Shown: one piece after another, positions 24,150 to 34,567 of the stretch
Layout of the letters: the number at the start of each line of letters is the position of its first letter
Numbering within the stretch: the stretch's first letter is position 1
Assembly (NCBI RefSeq): GCF_000281045.1
Contig: NW_008246094.1
Span: forward strand, 569,645 to 622,143
DNA from: Saprolegnia diclina VS20
Lineage: Eukaryota
Reading direction: 5' to 3'
DNA length: 52,499 nt
Notes under the pieces: model-generated
The model's database searches: none
What the model was told of the DNA's origin: nothing
The model's input: the letters and a program-made list of their open reading frames with translations, nothing else
Position numbers and translations under genes: made by a program

Positions 24150-24539
24150 ATGGACTTTTCTATCCCGCCTTCGCCGAGTATGGCACCTCGTCACGCTGCC
24201 GCGTGGACGGACGCCGACCTCGAGTGGCTCGAGGAAGGTTTCGCCGCCTTCTTTCCGGACGAAGCACCGTCGTCGCGGCCCGCCACCGACGCGCGCTTGC
24301 CCATGGTGCGGCGCCCGATCTTGCTTGACGGCCGATGCTACTCGTTTAGCAGCCCGTCGTCGCCAGTGACCAAGCCGCCGCCAGTGCGCACGCGTGCGTT
24401 CTCACTGCGGCGCCAGGAAGCCTCGGCGAAGCGGCGTCGCATCAAGGGCCGGTACGCGGGCTTTGAGAAGCCCTTCTTACCCATCACGGCGCTCCAAGGC
24501 CCCTTGCTGGATCATGATGCAGCCCGTCCTTGTCCATAA
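24150..24539 (+). CDS. Small paralog B (129 aa) retaining only the C-terminal half of the CCT motif
   Basis: RRQEASAKRRRIKGRYAGFEKPFLPITALQ aligns with SRQQVAAKRRRINGRFAGLETTFISISTLQ of paralog D. It also has DARLP and one acidic-aromatic segment (DADLEWLEEGFAAFF). Confidence 0.65.
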   Translation: MDFSIPPSPSMAPRHAAAWTDADLEWLEEGFAAFFPDEAPSSRPATDARLPMVRRPILLDGRCYSFSSPSSPVTKPPPVRTRAFSLRRQEASAKRRRIKGRYAGFEKPFLPITALQGPLLDHDAARPCP

Positions 24540-25489
24540 TCACAACCTACTTATTTACCCTACCCCTATTACCGTGACACTGCAACCTGGGTGGTGTTGG
24601 TTGATAACCAGTGGTCGAAGAGTGCTGCAGATGGAAAAGGAACACGGGTCGTCGTCAAGCGAGGTCTGTGCTCGTACGCAGCAGCAAGAGAAATAACTTA
24701 TACGTGTAATGTATTGTCCTTGGCTACAACAGCCTGAACGCAACCCGCACTCGTGGTGGCGGCGGTGGTGGCTCACCCGGCGCCCGTGTCGTGCTGTGAC
24801 GTGGCTCCACAGTGCTGGCCATGTTGGCATGGTCGTAGGCAACGAACGCTTTTTGATGCGAGGACAGACCATGCGCTACGGGTTGCAGGATGCAAGTCTA
24901 TCTTGAAGGTGGCGACAGAGCCGGTTGCGTATTTCTGCAAAGATCATTCGAGATGGACGCGCAAGCTCGGCTCGCAAGGTGTCCAAACCAAACTCGATGA
25001 AGTAAAAAGTACGTGGCTGTGTTATCGGCGATTACATGGACGGCGGCTGCACTGGAAGCACGGAGGCTGGGCGTGGGATGGATACAAATGACACTTCGCA
25101 GTACACCACACCGCGCTTGTGCGGCTGGCATCCTGCGAAATGCCATTTGCATTTCGAACACACCCTCCAAGGTTCCAAAGCTGTCGTCGAGATGCAGCAC
25201 GGATGGCGTCGGTGAGAGGACCATGTTGACGACCACGGCTTCGCTCTGGCCAAACGACGTTGACGACGACGACTTGCTGAACGTGCTGCCGCAGGACGCC
25301 TATGGAGAGAAGACCATGAGCCACGGTCCTGCCCCATCATCGCCCATTTGCCCCAAATTCCATGGAATGCAGCAAGAGCTGACTCCATGGGGTTAGGGCG
25401 CCACGCAGCGCCCACGCAAAGAGCGCGATCCATTAAAGTGGACGCAACTCGAATGCATGGGCGGCGCAGCACTACACTACTTGGCTAGG

Positions 25490-25843
25490 CTAGACGTGTA
25501 CCTGCTGAGGCGTCGTGTCGGCGTCGGGCGCGTCGTCAAGAAGGCTGCTAAAGAAGTCCGAGACGTCGTCGACCACCTTGGCGTCGCATGCGTCTTGCGT
25601 CTGCGCCAGAGATCGCCATAAGCATGGCACGCGGTGGCGGCGAAGACGTACATGGAGGTGGTGGAGCTTGGCGACGCGGGCGCGCTTGTGCTCTTGGGCC
25701 TCGAGGTCGTCGAAGAGGACGGCGACGTCGTCGACATTGGCTGCGTCAGCGTCGTCGTCCAAGGCCCGCTTCATCGAGGCCCGCTTCATGGAGGTCCGAG
25801 ATGGCGAATAAATAGAGGCGCCTTGAGACTTGGTCGATGCCAT
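25490..25843 (-). CDS. Small paralog C with acidic repeats but no visible CCT domain (start 25843 or 25789)
   Basis: DAANVDDVAVLFDDLE and DAKVVDDVSDFFSSLL closely match the repeats of the divergently oriented gene at 26696; GC-rich codon bias. Confidence 0.6.
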   Translation of the reverse strand: MASTKSQGASIYSPSRTSMKRASMKRALDDDADAANVDDVAVLFDDLEAQEHKRARVAKLHHLHVRLRRHRVPCLWRSLAQTQDACDAKVVDDVSDFFSSLLDDAPDADTTPQQVHV

Positions 25844-26695
25844 CGGGCTGCTTACGCGTCGCTTCTCGGGCCAAATCAAAAGTGATCCAGTCCAGCGGCT
25901 GGCAAATCTTGTACTAAAAAACAGCATTTCAAAAAAGTAAATAAGTTTTATTCCGACTTCTAACAATACACTTGTGTTCAGTATTACATCCACTAGGTAT
26001 TTAAATCTTCTTAGTTTAATCACACCCGTGACACATGTACTGTACGGTGTACGGAATATTATGTACGATGTACGGTTTCGAACCGAGCGGACGGTTGCAG
26101 CGGCTGCATTCCCCCGGTTAGGTAATCAGACATGATCCTTTCGGCGCGCTTCATTCGAGCGAGATCGAGGCTTCACGCAGTACCCAAGGTTAATATGGCT
26201 CTCTTCGCGAGCGTATCTAGCCTATCGACCTGCAGGCAGCACGGTCAGTGTCCATCAGCGGGGATTCAACTGGCATCGAAGGAAGATCGCATCTGATTGG
26301 GCGCACTGCATCTTTGCGGCCATCCTTTTTGCACCAATCACAATGCACGAAAAGCCCTAGTCCTAGAGCATGCGTGAGTGAGGGTCGATTTTTTTCACTT
26401 GGTTTCTGTATCGAGAAGCGACGTAACGGTACGGTGTTGGTCCTTTTGGGCCGGGAGAAGGGCACTTTGCATTTTGCACAGCCTCCGAGAGCCGACACTT
26501 CGACCCTCGAGAATCCGCGGCGCAGGACCTATAGCACGCGACGGAGCTTCGATTCCTGCACTTCTGCCGCGCCCCCGTACCTTGTCCGCGCTCGCGTAAC
26601 CCCTGCCCCTCCTCCAGACCGTCAACCACTGCCAGTTTCAGAACAATGACGACCCTCGCCTTCCTCTACAACCTTCGGACCCCCCACAGCGAGAT

Positions 26696-27577
26696 GTGCG
26701 CGTTTGGAAGTCCAAATTTTTATCGGGCATCGCCCCGTTTGGCCGCGTCCAAGGACTACAACACCCGGTGGTCTGGCGCGGCCTCGGCGTAGACGACGAC
26801 CGACACCACCCCCCCCACCCCAAAAAGAGAAGATTCGATCAAGACGACCAAGACCTCGAGCTCTGTAGCCTCGTCTCGGACGATGCCGCGAACGTCGACA
26901 TGCTCAGCGACTTTTTCTCGGTCATCGAGGCCGACGCCAATGATGCCGGCGCCGTCGACGATGTCGCCGACCTCTTTGGTGCGCTCGCCGACGACGACAT
27001 GTCGGTGCTCATGGCCAGCCTCGATGCCGAGTCGAATGACGCGGCGGTTGTCGATGAGATCGCCGGCATCTTTGACGACCTCGAAGACGTGGCTGCGGTC
27101 CAAGCGGCCGAGGACGCGGCGGTCGTCGATGAGATTTCGAGCATGTTTGATGACCTCGAAGCGGACGCGGCGGCGGCCAACGTGCAAGACGAAGCCGACG
27201 CCTTCCACGTCGACGACATTGCCGACCTGTTTACGTGCTTGGCGGCGCCGGCTCCGTCAGCGCCGGTCGCAGACCCGCGGGTGCCTGTGCTGGACGCGCG
27301 GCTGCCGCGCCTCGACAGCCGCATCCCGCAGCTGGCGCCGCGGTCACTTCCGGTGCTCGGTGGCTTTGTGTGCGGCCCGCCTGTCTTTCAGAAGACGGAG
27401 CTGACGCGCGAGGACCGCGTTGCCCGCTGGAAGGACAAGCGGAAACACCGTGCGCTGCCCAAGGACAAGCCCGTCTTCGAGTCGCGTCAGCAAGTCGCCG
27501 CCAAGCGCCGCCGTATCAACGGACGCTTTGCCGGCCTCGAAACGACGTTCATCTCGATCTCGACGCTCCAGAACTAG
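26696..27577 (+). CDS. CCT-domain protein D with 5 acidic amphipathic repeats (true start uncertain: ORF opens at GTG, out-of-frame ATG at 26646, first in-frame ATG at 26900)
   Basis: TREDRVARWKDKRKHR...VFESRQQVAAKRRRINGRF (CCT). Repeats: DAANVDMLSDFFSVIE, DAGAVDDVADLFGALA, DAAVVDEIAGIFDDLE, DAAVVDEISSMFDDLE, DAFHVDDIADLFTCLA. NLS-like PKKRR. Confidence 0.85.
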   Translation: MRVWKSKFLSGIAPFGRVQGLQHPVVWRGLGVDDDRHHPPHPKKRRFDQDDQDLELCSLVSDDAANVDMLSDFFSVIEADANDAGAVDDVADLFGALADDDMSVLMASLDAESNDAAVVDEIAGIFDDLEDVAAVQAAEDAAVVDEISSMFDDLEADAAAANVQDEADAFHVDDIADLFTCLAAPAPSAPVADPRVPVLDARLPRLDSRIPQLAPRSLPVLGGFVCGPPVFQKTELTREDRVARWKDKRKHRALPKDKPVFESRQQVAAKRRRINGRFAGLETTFISISTLQN

Positions 27578-28005
27578 ACTCTTATCATCTTAATCTACTC
27601 TTCTCTCTCTCATATCTTCATGGGTCCGATACCCTCTGATCCATCTGCGAGGTCAGCTGCCGGCGCCAGCGACAGAGTCGATGGCCCTCGTCAGACCGCC
27701 GACTGGCTGCAACATCTGAGGTCGATAACAAATCCAGTTTGTTTTATTTCAAAAATCAATGTTGCATACAAAATCCATGTATAGTGTGCATAAAAATACG
27801 CTGTATTTACAACCCCGCGCAGGCGCTGGCTTGGTGTCAATTATTTCAGATTCACATGTGAGAAATAAAACCCATCGGCACGTGAGAAACAGATAAACCT
27901 TGTTTGTAGTATGGAGGATATTTTACACAATGTGAAGTATAATTGACACGGTGGAAATCTACTCGACCAATATGATCGAGGCGGATGATCAAACGCCAAA
28001 TCGCC

Positions 28006-29158
28006 ATGGGCAACGCCAGCAACAAGCCCAAGCCCCCGACGAAGGCGCCGCAGCCTGCGCCGGAGCCTCTGGCGCCCAAGACGCCACCGCCGGCGCCGTC
28101 GCCGCCGCGTCCATCGTCGTCGTCCATTGTGGGCACGATGCTCGCGACCAACATCTCGCTGCGGCGGGCGGCGATCACGTACAGCGACCTGCGCTTTGGC
28201 GAGCGCCTGGGCCAAGGCGCGTGCGGCGAAGTCATCAAGGGCGAGTACCACGGAACCCCGATCGTCATCAAGAAGATGCTCCAGAACCAGATCAACGCGG
28301 CCAACGTCGCGCTCTTCGCCAACGAGATCCAGCTTCTCTCGACGCTCCGGCACCCCAACATCATCCTCTTCATTGGCGCCAGCGCTGACGCCCAAGAAAA
28401 CCTGTACGTTCCTTTGCATTGCGATCATCGACCATACCTTATCGCGTGCGCCAGGTGCCTCGTGACCGAGTACATGGAGCGCGGCGACCTCGGGTCCCTC
28501 CTCCTCGACCCGACGATCGCGCTCAGCTGGAAGGACCCGCTATTGCGGTTCGTCGTCGACATTTGCCGTGGCATGGCCTACTTGCACTCGCAAGAGCCCA
28601 AGTACATTCATCGCGACCTCAAGGCCGCCAACATCCTCGTCAGGTACATATCTCGATGTCAACTGTCAGTGTATCAACTCTATTTTAGCGCCAACTTTCA
28701 AGTCGCCAAGATCGCCGACTTTGGCTTTGTGCGGCTTTTGACGGACGAAGCGCTGAGCCTGCGCGGCACGCCGCTTTGGACGGCGCCCGAGATCCTCCGC
28801 GGCGACACATACACGGAAAAGGCCGACGTGTACAGCTTTGGCATTGGTACAACCCTCGTCCTAATCTGGGATGCAAAACCAGATCTGATGGGATACGACT
28901 CTAGTGCTCGCGGAAATCGAAACACGCAAGAAGCCGTACCACGAACACATTGTGAGCCGCCGGGCCGGCGCGCAGCGGCTCATGCACGAAATCGCGTACA
29001 AGGAGCTGCGGCCGACGCTCTCGGAGAACGCGCCGTCCAGCATCGCGAGCATCTACCAGCGCTGCGTGCTCATGGACCCGGCCGGCCGCCCCGGGTTTGA
29101 CCAGCTCATTGTCGAATTTGATTCGCTCGTGCGACGCCAAGTGGACGCCAGTGCCTAG
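28006..29158 (+). CDS. TKL-family protein kinase, catalytically intact, possible N-myristoylation; 4 exons
   Basis: MGNASNK start, Pro-rich linker, GQGACGEV, IVIKK, alphaC NE, HRDLKAANIL, IADFG, GTPLWTAPE, DVYSFG, RPGF. Confidence 0.92.
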
Positions 29159-30225
29159 TCATCTCACCATTTTGTTTATCTCAACGCGCACGCTTGCTAA
29201 CTTGGGTCCTGTTTGTTACCGATGGTGAAAGCCGTTGGAGAGAGCCCGCCTGACCGCAAAATCTGAATCGGAGAGGTGCTGGGATGAGAATTTCGCACAG
29301 CGTCCGTCCTTTGACGAAACTGCGGAGCGACTCGAGGCGATCCTCGCCGCCGTCGATCTGTAGACTGCCTCGTATAATTATGATATAATGACATGGTACA
29401 ATGGGCGAAACAAAATACGGTGACGCAAATTGGCCCGTGAAGTGGCCATCGTTTCCTCTGCCAGATACGTAGGGAAACGTATCCAGAAGAGCCCATCGTT
29501 CCAGCCAATTTAAAGCCACGCCCCTGTTGAGTTGGTGTCGTGACATGGCAGCGTCGGCCAAAACAAACCGAACTGGTCACATCATTCGCAACGTATCGCG
29601 CCCAAACCTGCAGTCGTACTGACGGTCGGTGCCAAGTAGTAAAGCTATGGCGTCGAGGTAAGCGTGCAAAAACCTAGCTCCGCGTACACAATTACTGCTC
29701 TTTCCAAGACCCTTACCGGACCGTTGTTGAGTTGTTGAAGCGACCCGTCCTCTCCATCTGGCCTTGCTTCCATTCAGACTCAGTAAGTAGACGCACGCGT
29801 GAGAGTACGTGCTCATGCACCTATCTCTAAATGTCTTCTATCTCATACCACGGAATGTGGCGCGAGCGGTCCTGCGAGTGACGAGGTGAGGAAGCTAGTG
29901 GGAGCTGCTGCCGCAGAGAAGACAAGAAACGCGTGGGCGGTCGAATGCCAAACAAAAAGTGCGAGGACTCAAAGAAACCTTCTGGCTAACCGGTTACGAT
30001 GAACGCTTAGCTGTGGGTGTCAGCGGACTCGGCTTCCGCAGGTCTGAAGGTGTGGGGAAAACGTCATCGCCAGGAACGTGAGTTCACTCAGCGACGCATA
30101 CAAAACCCACATGCCGAGGCACAAATGATGATGCAGTGAGGGCCAAGGTGGATACCTGGGTGGATACCAGATCACACCAAGAAGGTCCCTACTTGACTCT
30201 GCGCACAGGGCCTTTTCATGCACGC

Positions 30226-31229
30226 TTACAGACTCGCAACCGCAGCCCGCACGGTCGTGTCGAGCGTCGTGAGAACCTCGCGAAACACCGGGCGATGCGA
30301 CGGGTCCGCGGCGAGACACGCTGCTACGAGCTGCGCCAAGGGCGCCGGCACGTTCGACGGCAGGGGCCCGGGAAACAAGCGGCCATTTGCTATCGCATCC
30401 ATCGTCGCAAACGTGCTCATCGACTCACGAACCTCAGCGTACGGCTCACGGCGCGTGCACAGTTCCCATAGCACTAGACATGCATGTGAGGTCCAAGCGC
30501 CATTGTGCCTGGAACACGTACCCATGCCAAAACTATAGACGTCACAGGCCTCGCTGCTACTGACATCGCCGCGAAGGTAGTCTGGCGCCGAATGCGTGGG
30601 AAGGCCAGCGTACACTTCGTCGGCCACGAGTGAAATGTACCGCGTGTCCATGACCTTGGCCGCGTCATAGTGCTGGTTCCTACAACATGCATCGTTGATA
30701 CATTGATAGAGATGTGTGTGGTGTCGTACGATAGGAGGATCGACGCGGACGTGAGGTTGCCATGGGGCCGGTTTTTCGCGTGGAGGTACACCATTGCGCG
30801 GCAAACGTCCATTGCGATCGGCAGCAAGTGCGCCTGCCACGACAGGTGCAAGCGGTGATTCGACAAGATTTGGTCGAGCTTTTCCGTGCCAGGCCGCTCA
30901 GACACAAGGTACAGGTTGTCCTTCTCGTCCGTGCACGCGCCCAGAAAGAGCAGAACGTTGGGGTGGCGCAGATGATGCAGCGTATTCAGCTCATCGAGCA
31001 ATCGGTCCATCGAGCTGAGCTGCTTGGCGAAGATCTTGAAGACCGTCACAGGCAGACCGTCGTACGAGCCATCTTCGTGCAGTCCAAACGACAAGGTCGT
31101 ATTGGGATCGACAAGCGAGAGAGAGTCATACGAAAGCATTTGGTGCGACGACTTGGTGGCAAGTCGGTTCGCTACACTGGGCGTCACGACTTGATTAGGA
31201 AGCACCGTCTCGGTTCTCGGACGGTCCAT
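30226..31229 (-). CDS. TKL-family pseudokinase, 3 exons
   Basis: LRHPNVLLFLGAC, LSWQ..DVCRAMVYLH, catalytic loop PHGNLTSASIL (no HRD Asp), KVMDTR in place of DFG, HSAPDYL, DVYSFG, CLAADPSHRPVF. Confidence 0.85.
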
Positions 31230-31453
31230 CGTGTTGAGAACGAATGTGCGCCGTTGGTGTCGAATTTGGTTGTGGACGTTTCGTCGTTTGTGCTGTGCCA
31301 CATGTTCAGATCCAGCGCACTGTGCAGTATCAAATCAGTTGGTATTACCGGTACAGTCGAACGAACTTGTCTAACTGCATAGGGTATTTTTGATAGATTT
31401 GAGAGGATTATTAATTGTGAGGGGCTTAAAATATAAAAGTGAAACATTAAATT

Positions 31454-31819
31454 TTAATCACCTAGTGGAATGATGTCGAGTGCATGCAGCGCCTTGCTGC
31501 GCCACTTAGCCTTGTCGCGTAGCATGAGCAAGACCGCGAAACGGTGCATTGGCTCAAGGTTGGAAACCCGTGGGCGTGGTAGAATCAAGCTGTGCGCCTT
31601 CGTTTGCCGTCGTTCGCGTAGTTGAAGTCGAGGATCACGAACCTTTCGCAGACATTCGTTGTCGAAATATGTCTTGATCGCTTGCCCTCCGGCCGAGCGC
31701 GCAACTCTAGCGAAATCTTCTTGGGTACTTCGACCTTTGTCAAAGCCTGTGACTGACCTCGGCGTCATCTTCCTCGCCTTGGGCCTCATCTTCCTCGCCT
31801 CGCCTTGGGAGAATGCCAT
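31454..31819 (-). CDS. Possible small basic hypothetical protein
   Basis: ORF MAFSQGEARKMRPKARKM... bounded by AT-rich flanks; no recognisable domain. Confidence 0.25.
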   Translation of the reverse strand: MAFSQGEARKMRPKARKMTPRSVTGFDKGRSTQEDFARVARSAGGQAIKTYFDNECLRKVRDPRLQLRERRQTKAHSLILPRPRVSNLEPMHRFAVLLMLRDKAKWRSKALHALDIIPLGD

Positions 31820-32421
31820 TGGGTCACCTTTTATTTTAATATTCTTGAAGTCTAAAAAAATAAATGGCTCATATATCACGCACTAGAGGATTATTGAGTT
31901 TCGGGATACACAGTTAGACAAGTTCTACTGTATTAGTAAGCTTGATACAAATCTGGCAACTCCATATGTTAAGCAGCCACTATTAATAGGCAGTGACAGA
32001 ACGTTGTATCAACTTGATAGTATCTCGTGTCTTTGGCGGTGGTGATGACGAGCCGGATCGAAGCATAAACAACGCGCCACTGAATTCGATTTTTATTGGC
32101 GCCAATCGATCCGCAGACCACATTCGCTCGACGTCAAGTGCAATTGTGGCACGAGTCCATTGTACATATCCGACACTGGGATATACACTGTATCGGTATC
32201 CACCACGGGATATACACTATAATACAGTGTATATTCCGCAGTGACGGCATCATGACGTTGATTTAGTACAGTACATCAACGACAATGATGCGCCCGTCGT
32301 CACTGCACGAATACTGTGTTATTCCATGTACTACCACCAAAGCAGGGTGCAGTTTGATCGAGGCAACGAGCCGACAGCACCTCGCCTTCTTGATGTATCC
32401 GAGATGCAAGAGTTTCGTAAA

Positions 32422-34150
32422 TTAAAGAAGCAAGCGGCAGCGGTGGTCTCGATCGGCGCGCGGACCGAGCGCGGCTGCAACACGTGCCTCCGCGTCGTCT
32501 GGGAGCTCCTCCAAGACAAACGGGACGTTTTGAACCAGCGACAGCGCTCGCAAGATAGCTAGCGCGCTTGCCTTCGTGCGCCTCGCTCTCTTGATTGGGC
32601 GTCGATGACACAAGGTAGAGGTCTGGGACGTGACGGCCCACATCGACGAGCTCGGGAAGGGCATACAGCACATCGGGGAGGCGCATCGAAAGGCTCAACG
32701 ACGTCAGCTGCGGCAATCGCAGCGCGCCAACGAAAATAGTTGTGACGCCATCGCGAGTCAGTGGATGCTCCGGGATGAGGAGCTTCTCGAGATGCACACA
32801 TGTGGTCGCTAGCGTCTCCATGAGATGTTCTGCGACCGACGAGACGTCACACGCGTCAAGCTTAAGCGACGTGAGCGCCGGGACTGCAGCCAAACCAGTG
32901 TGGCGCGTGTCCGGTTAACCCCGCCGGATACACTGCAAATCAACCAAGTATCAACCCAAGTTCAAGTCCACGTCATTCGTTTCACACGCCGCGTCTCGCC
33001 TCGCTCAGCTGCTGCTCGATCAGTGGCCCAGGTTTCTCTCTGCATAACAGTCTACAATACATTGTCTTGAGCTTACGTGTCGGTGCCAACCTCGCATCCG
33101 CCGCCCGCTCTCGAAGGACCAAGTGCAATGGAAGCTCGACACGCCACACCAGCGACCAATTCATTCATCTTCTGAACGCTTAACCGATAGACGCTGAGGT
33201 GCTGCAGTGTCGCGAGCTGTTGCGCCGTTGCCGAACATCGCGTGAGCTGGCCAAAGGCGCTGCTGCAGAGGCGCTCGAGTTTCGTGGGACCGAGGGCGGT
33301 TGCGACGTCCTGGATCGTCGCGTCGTCGACATCTCCGTGACAACTCCACGAGAAGACCTTTAAGGATGTCGGGAAACACCGCCCGTGGAAACCGCCGAGG
33401 CCGACGACATTGCTGATCGAGAGACAGCACAGCGATGTGTTGGCTTGTAGCGCGTCGCAAAAGGCCAGCACCGTGGCGCGGTCCCAATGCGCCACGTTGG
33501 TCAACGAGAGATAGGTCTTGGTGGCTGGCACCGTTCTCAGCCAAGTGATCAGACGCTGCCCAAATTGAGGCGTAATGATGCGTGCGTTCAGCAAATCAAT
33601 GCGCATCCAGCGGAGACGCGGGTGGGCGAACACCGCTAGCAGATCGTTGAGCTCCGCGTCAGCCATGGCATGCAACGCCTCAACGTTGATGTTGATATCG
33701 TGCAGAAACGGGCAGCGCTGCAAGAGGAGGTCGCTGATTCCTTTGCCTTGGCCTCATGGTCGCGCCGTAGAACTCGAGTGTGACGCGGCTGAGCCCGGCC
33801 AAGATCGGGGCGACCTTGACCAATGAGGCCAGCTGCCAGATCGCGTCTGGGATCACGACGCACGGACGCAGCGGCAGCGTCGCCGCGACCAGTGCCAGCA
33901 CCTCGCGCGATGCTTCCATTGCGTCAAGGTAAAGCAGCGGCCACTCAGCCGTGACTGATGGCGTGATGCGCAATTCGTAGAAGGCGGTCAGCGCTGGTGC
34001 CCAGACACAGCGTGAGACCGCGTGCAGAAAATTGTCAGAGTCGTCAACGTAGTACAAGCACGTCGCTATGGCCTCGATGACTTGCGGAAGGGCGAGCGCG
34101 GGCGGTGGCGTCGGACGACCTGCCTTCTGCTGGCGTCCGGCTTCGGCCAT
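32422..34150 (-). pseudogene. Fragmented LRR/RNI-like protein; probable pseudogene or mis-assembled gene
   Basis: ATG at 34150 (MAEAGRQQK...LALPQVIEAIATCL). LRR-like pieces lie in shifting frames: 33073-33723 (HPRLRWMRIDL, ALQANTSLCCLSISN, TLQHLSV) and 32300-32893 (PALTSLKLDACDV, HLEKLLI, LPQLTSLSL). Confidence 0.6.
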
Positions 34151-34170
34151 CGCAACTTGATGCGAGCTCA

Positions 34171-34218
34171 TTCAAAGCAAGGGTATATAAGAGATCTCTT
34201 ATATACCCTTGTTCAAAG
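34171..34218. repeat. Perfect 34-bp palindrome (34178-34211) flanked by 7-bp direct repeats TTCAAAG
   Basis: TTCAAAG-CAAGGGTATATAAGAGATCTCTTATATACCCTTG-TTCAAAG. The ORF track shows QGYIRDLLYTL on both strands. Confidence 0.95.
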
Positions 34219-34567
34219 GGCCGTTCATATCCTGATGCGAAATCGGATTGGTGGAATATTAGCCAATCCATTGCTGATGCGGGACGGCTCAATGCCCTTG
34301 ACACCAGCCTTGCAGCTCAGCCTTGCTACCAGTAACGTTAGCGCCTTCGTGAGCAGCTATGTCAACGAGGAAAGGTCTCCTGAAGATCAAGGAACGTTAG
34401 CGACAATATGCAGCTCCAGGATTCGTTGCCCAACACACCGACGATACCACAAACTCTGCCAGCGCTCGTCTGGAAAGCAAGGTCTCATTCACAGCTCAAC
34501 AAGTCTTACAGAATATCTGGCGTAGTTCAGAGCATAAATAGCCTTGCTCGCGTTCACGGTCAGGATG

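Noticed and set aside
24898..25472. Possible downstream exon giving paralog C a CCT domain (CAG|GTACAC donor-like site near 25501)
   Set aside because: None of the minus-strand ORFs downstream shows a CCT-like motif; RNA-seq would be needed to exclude splicing.
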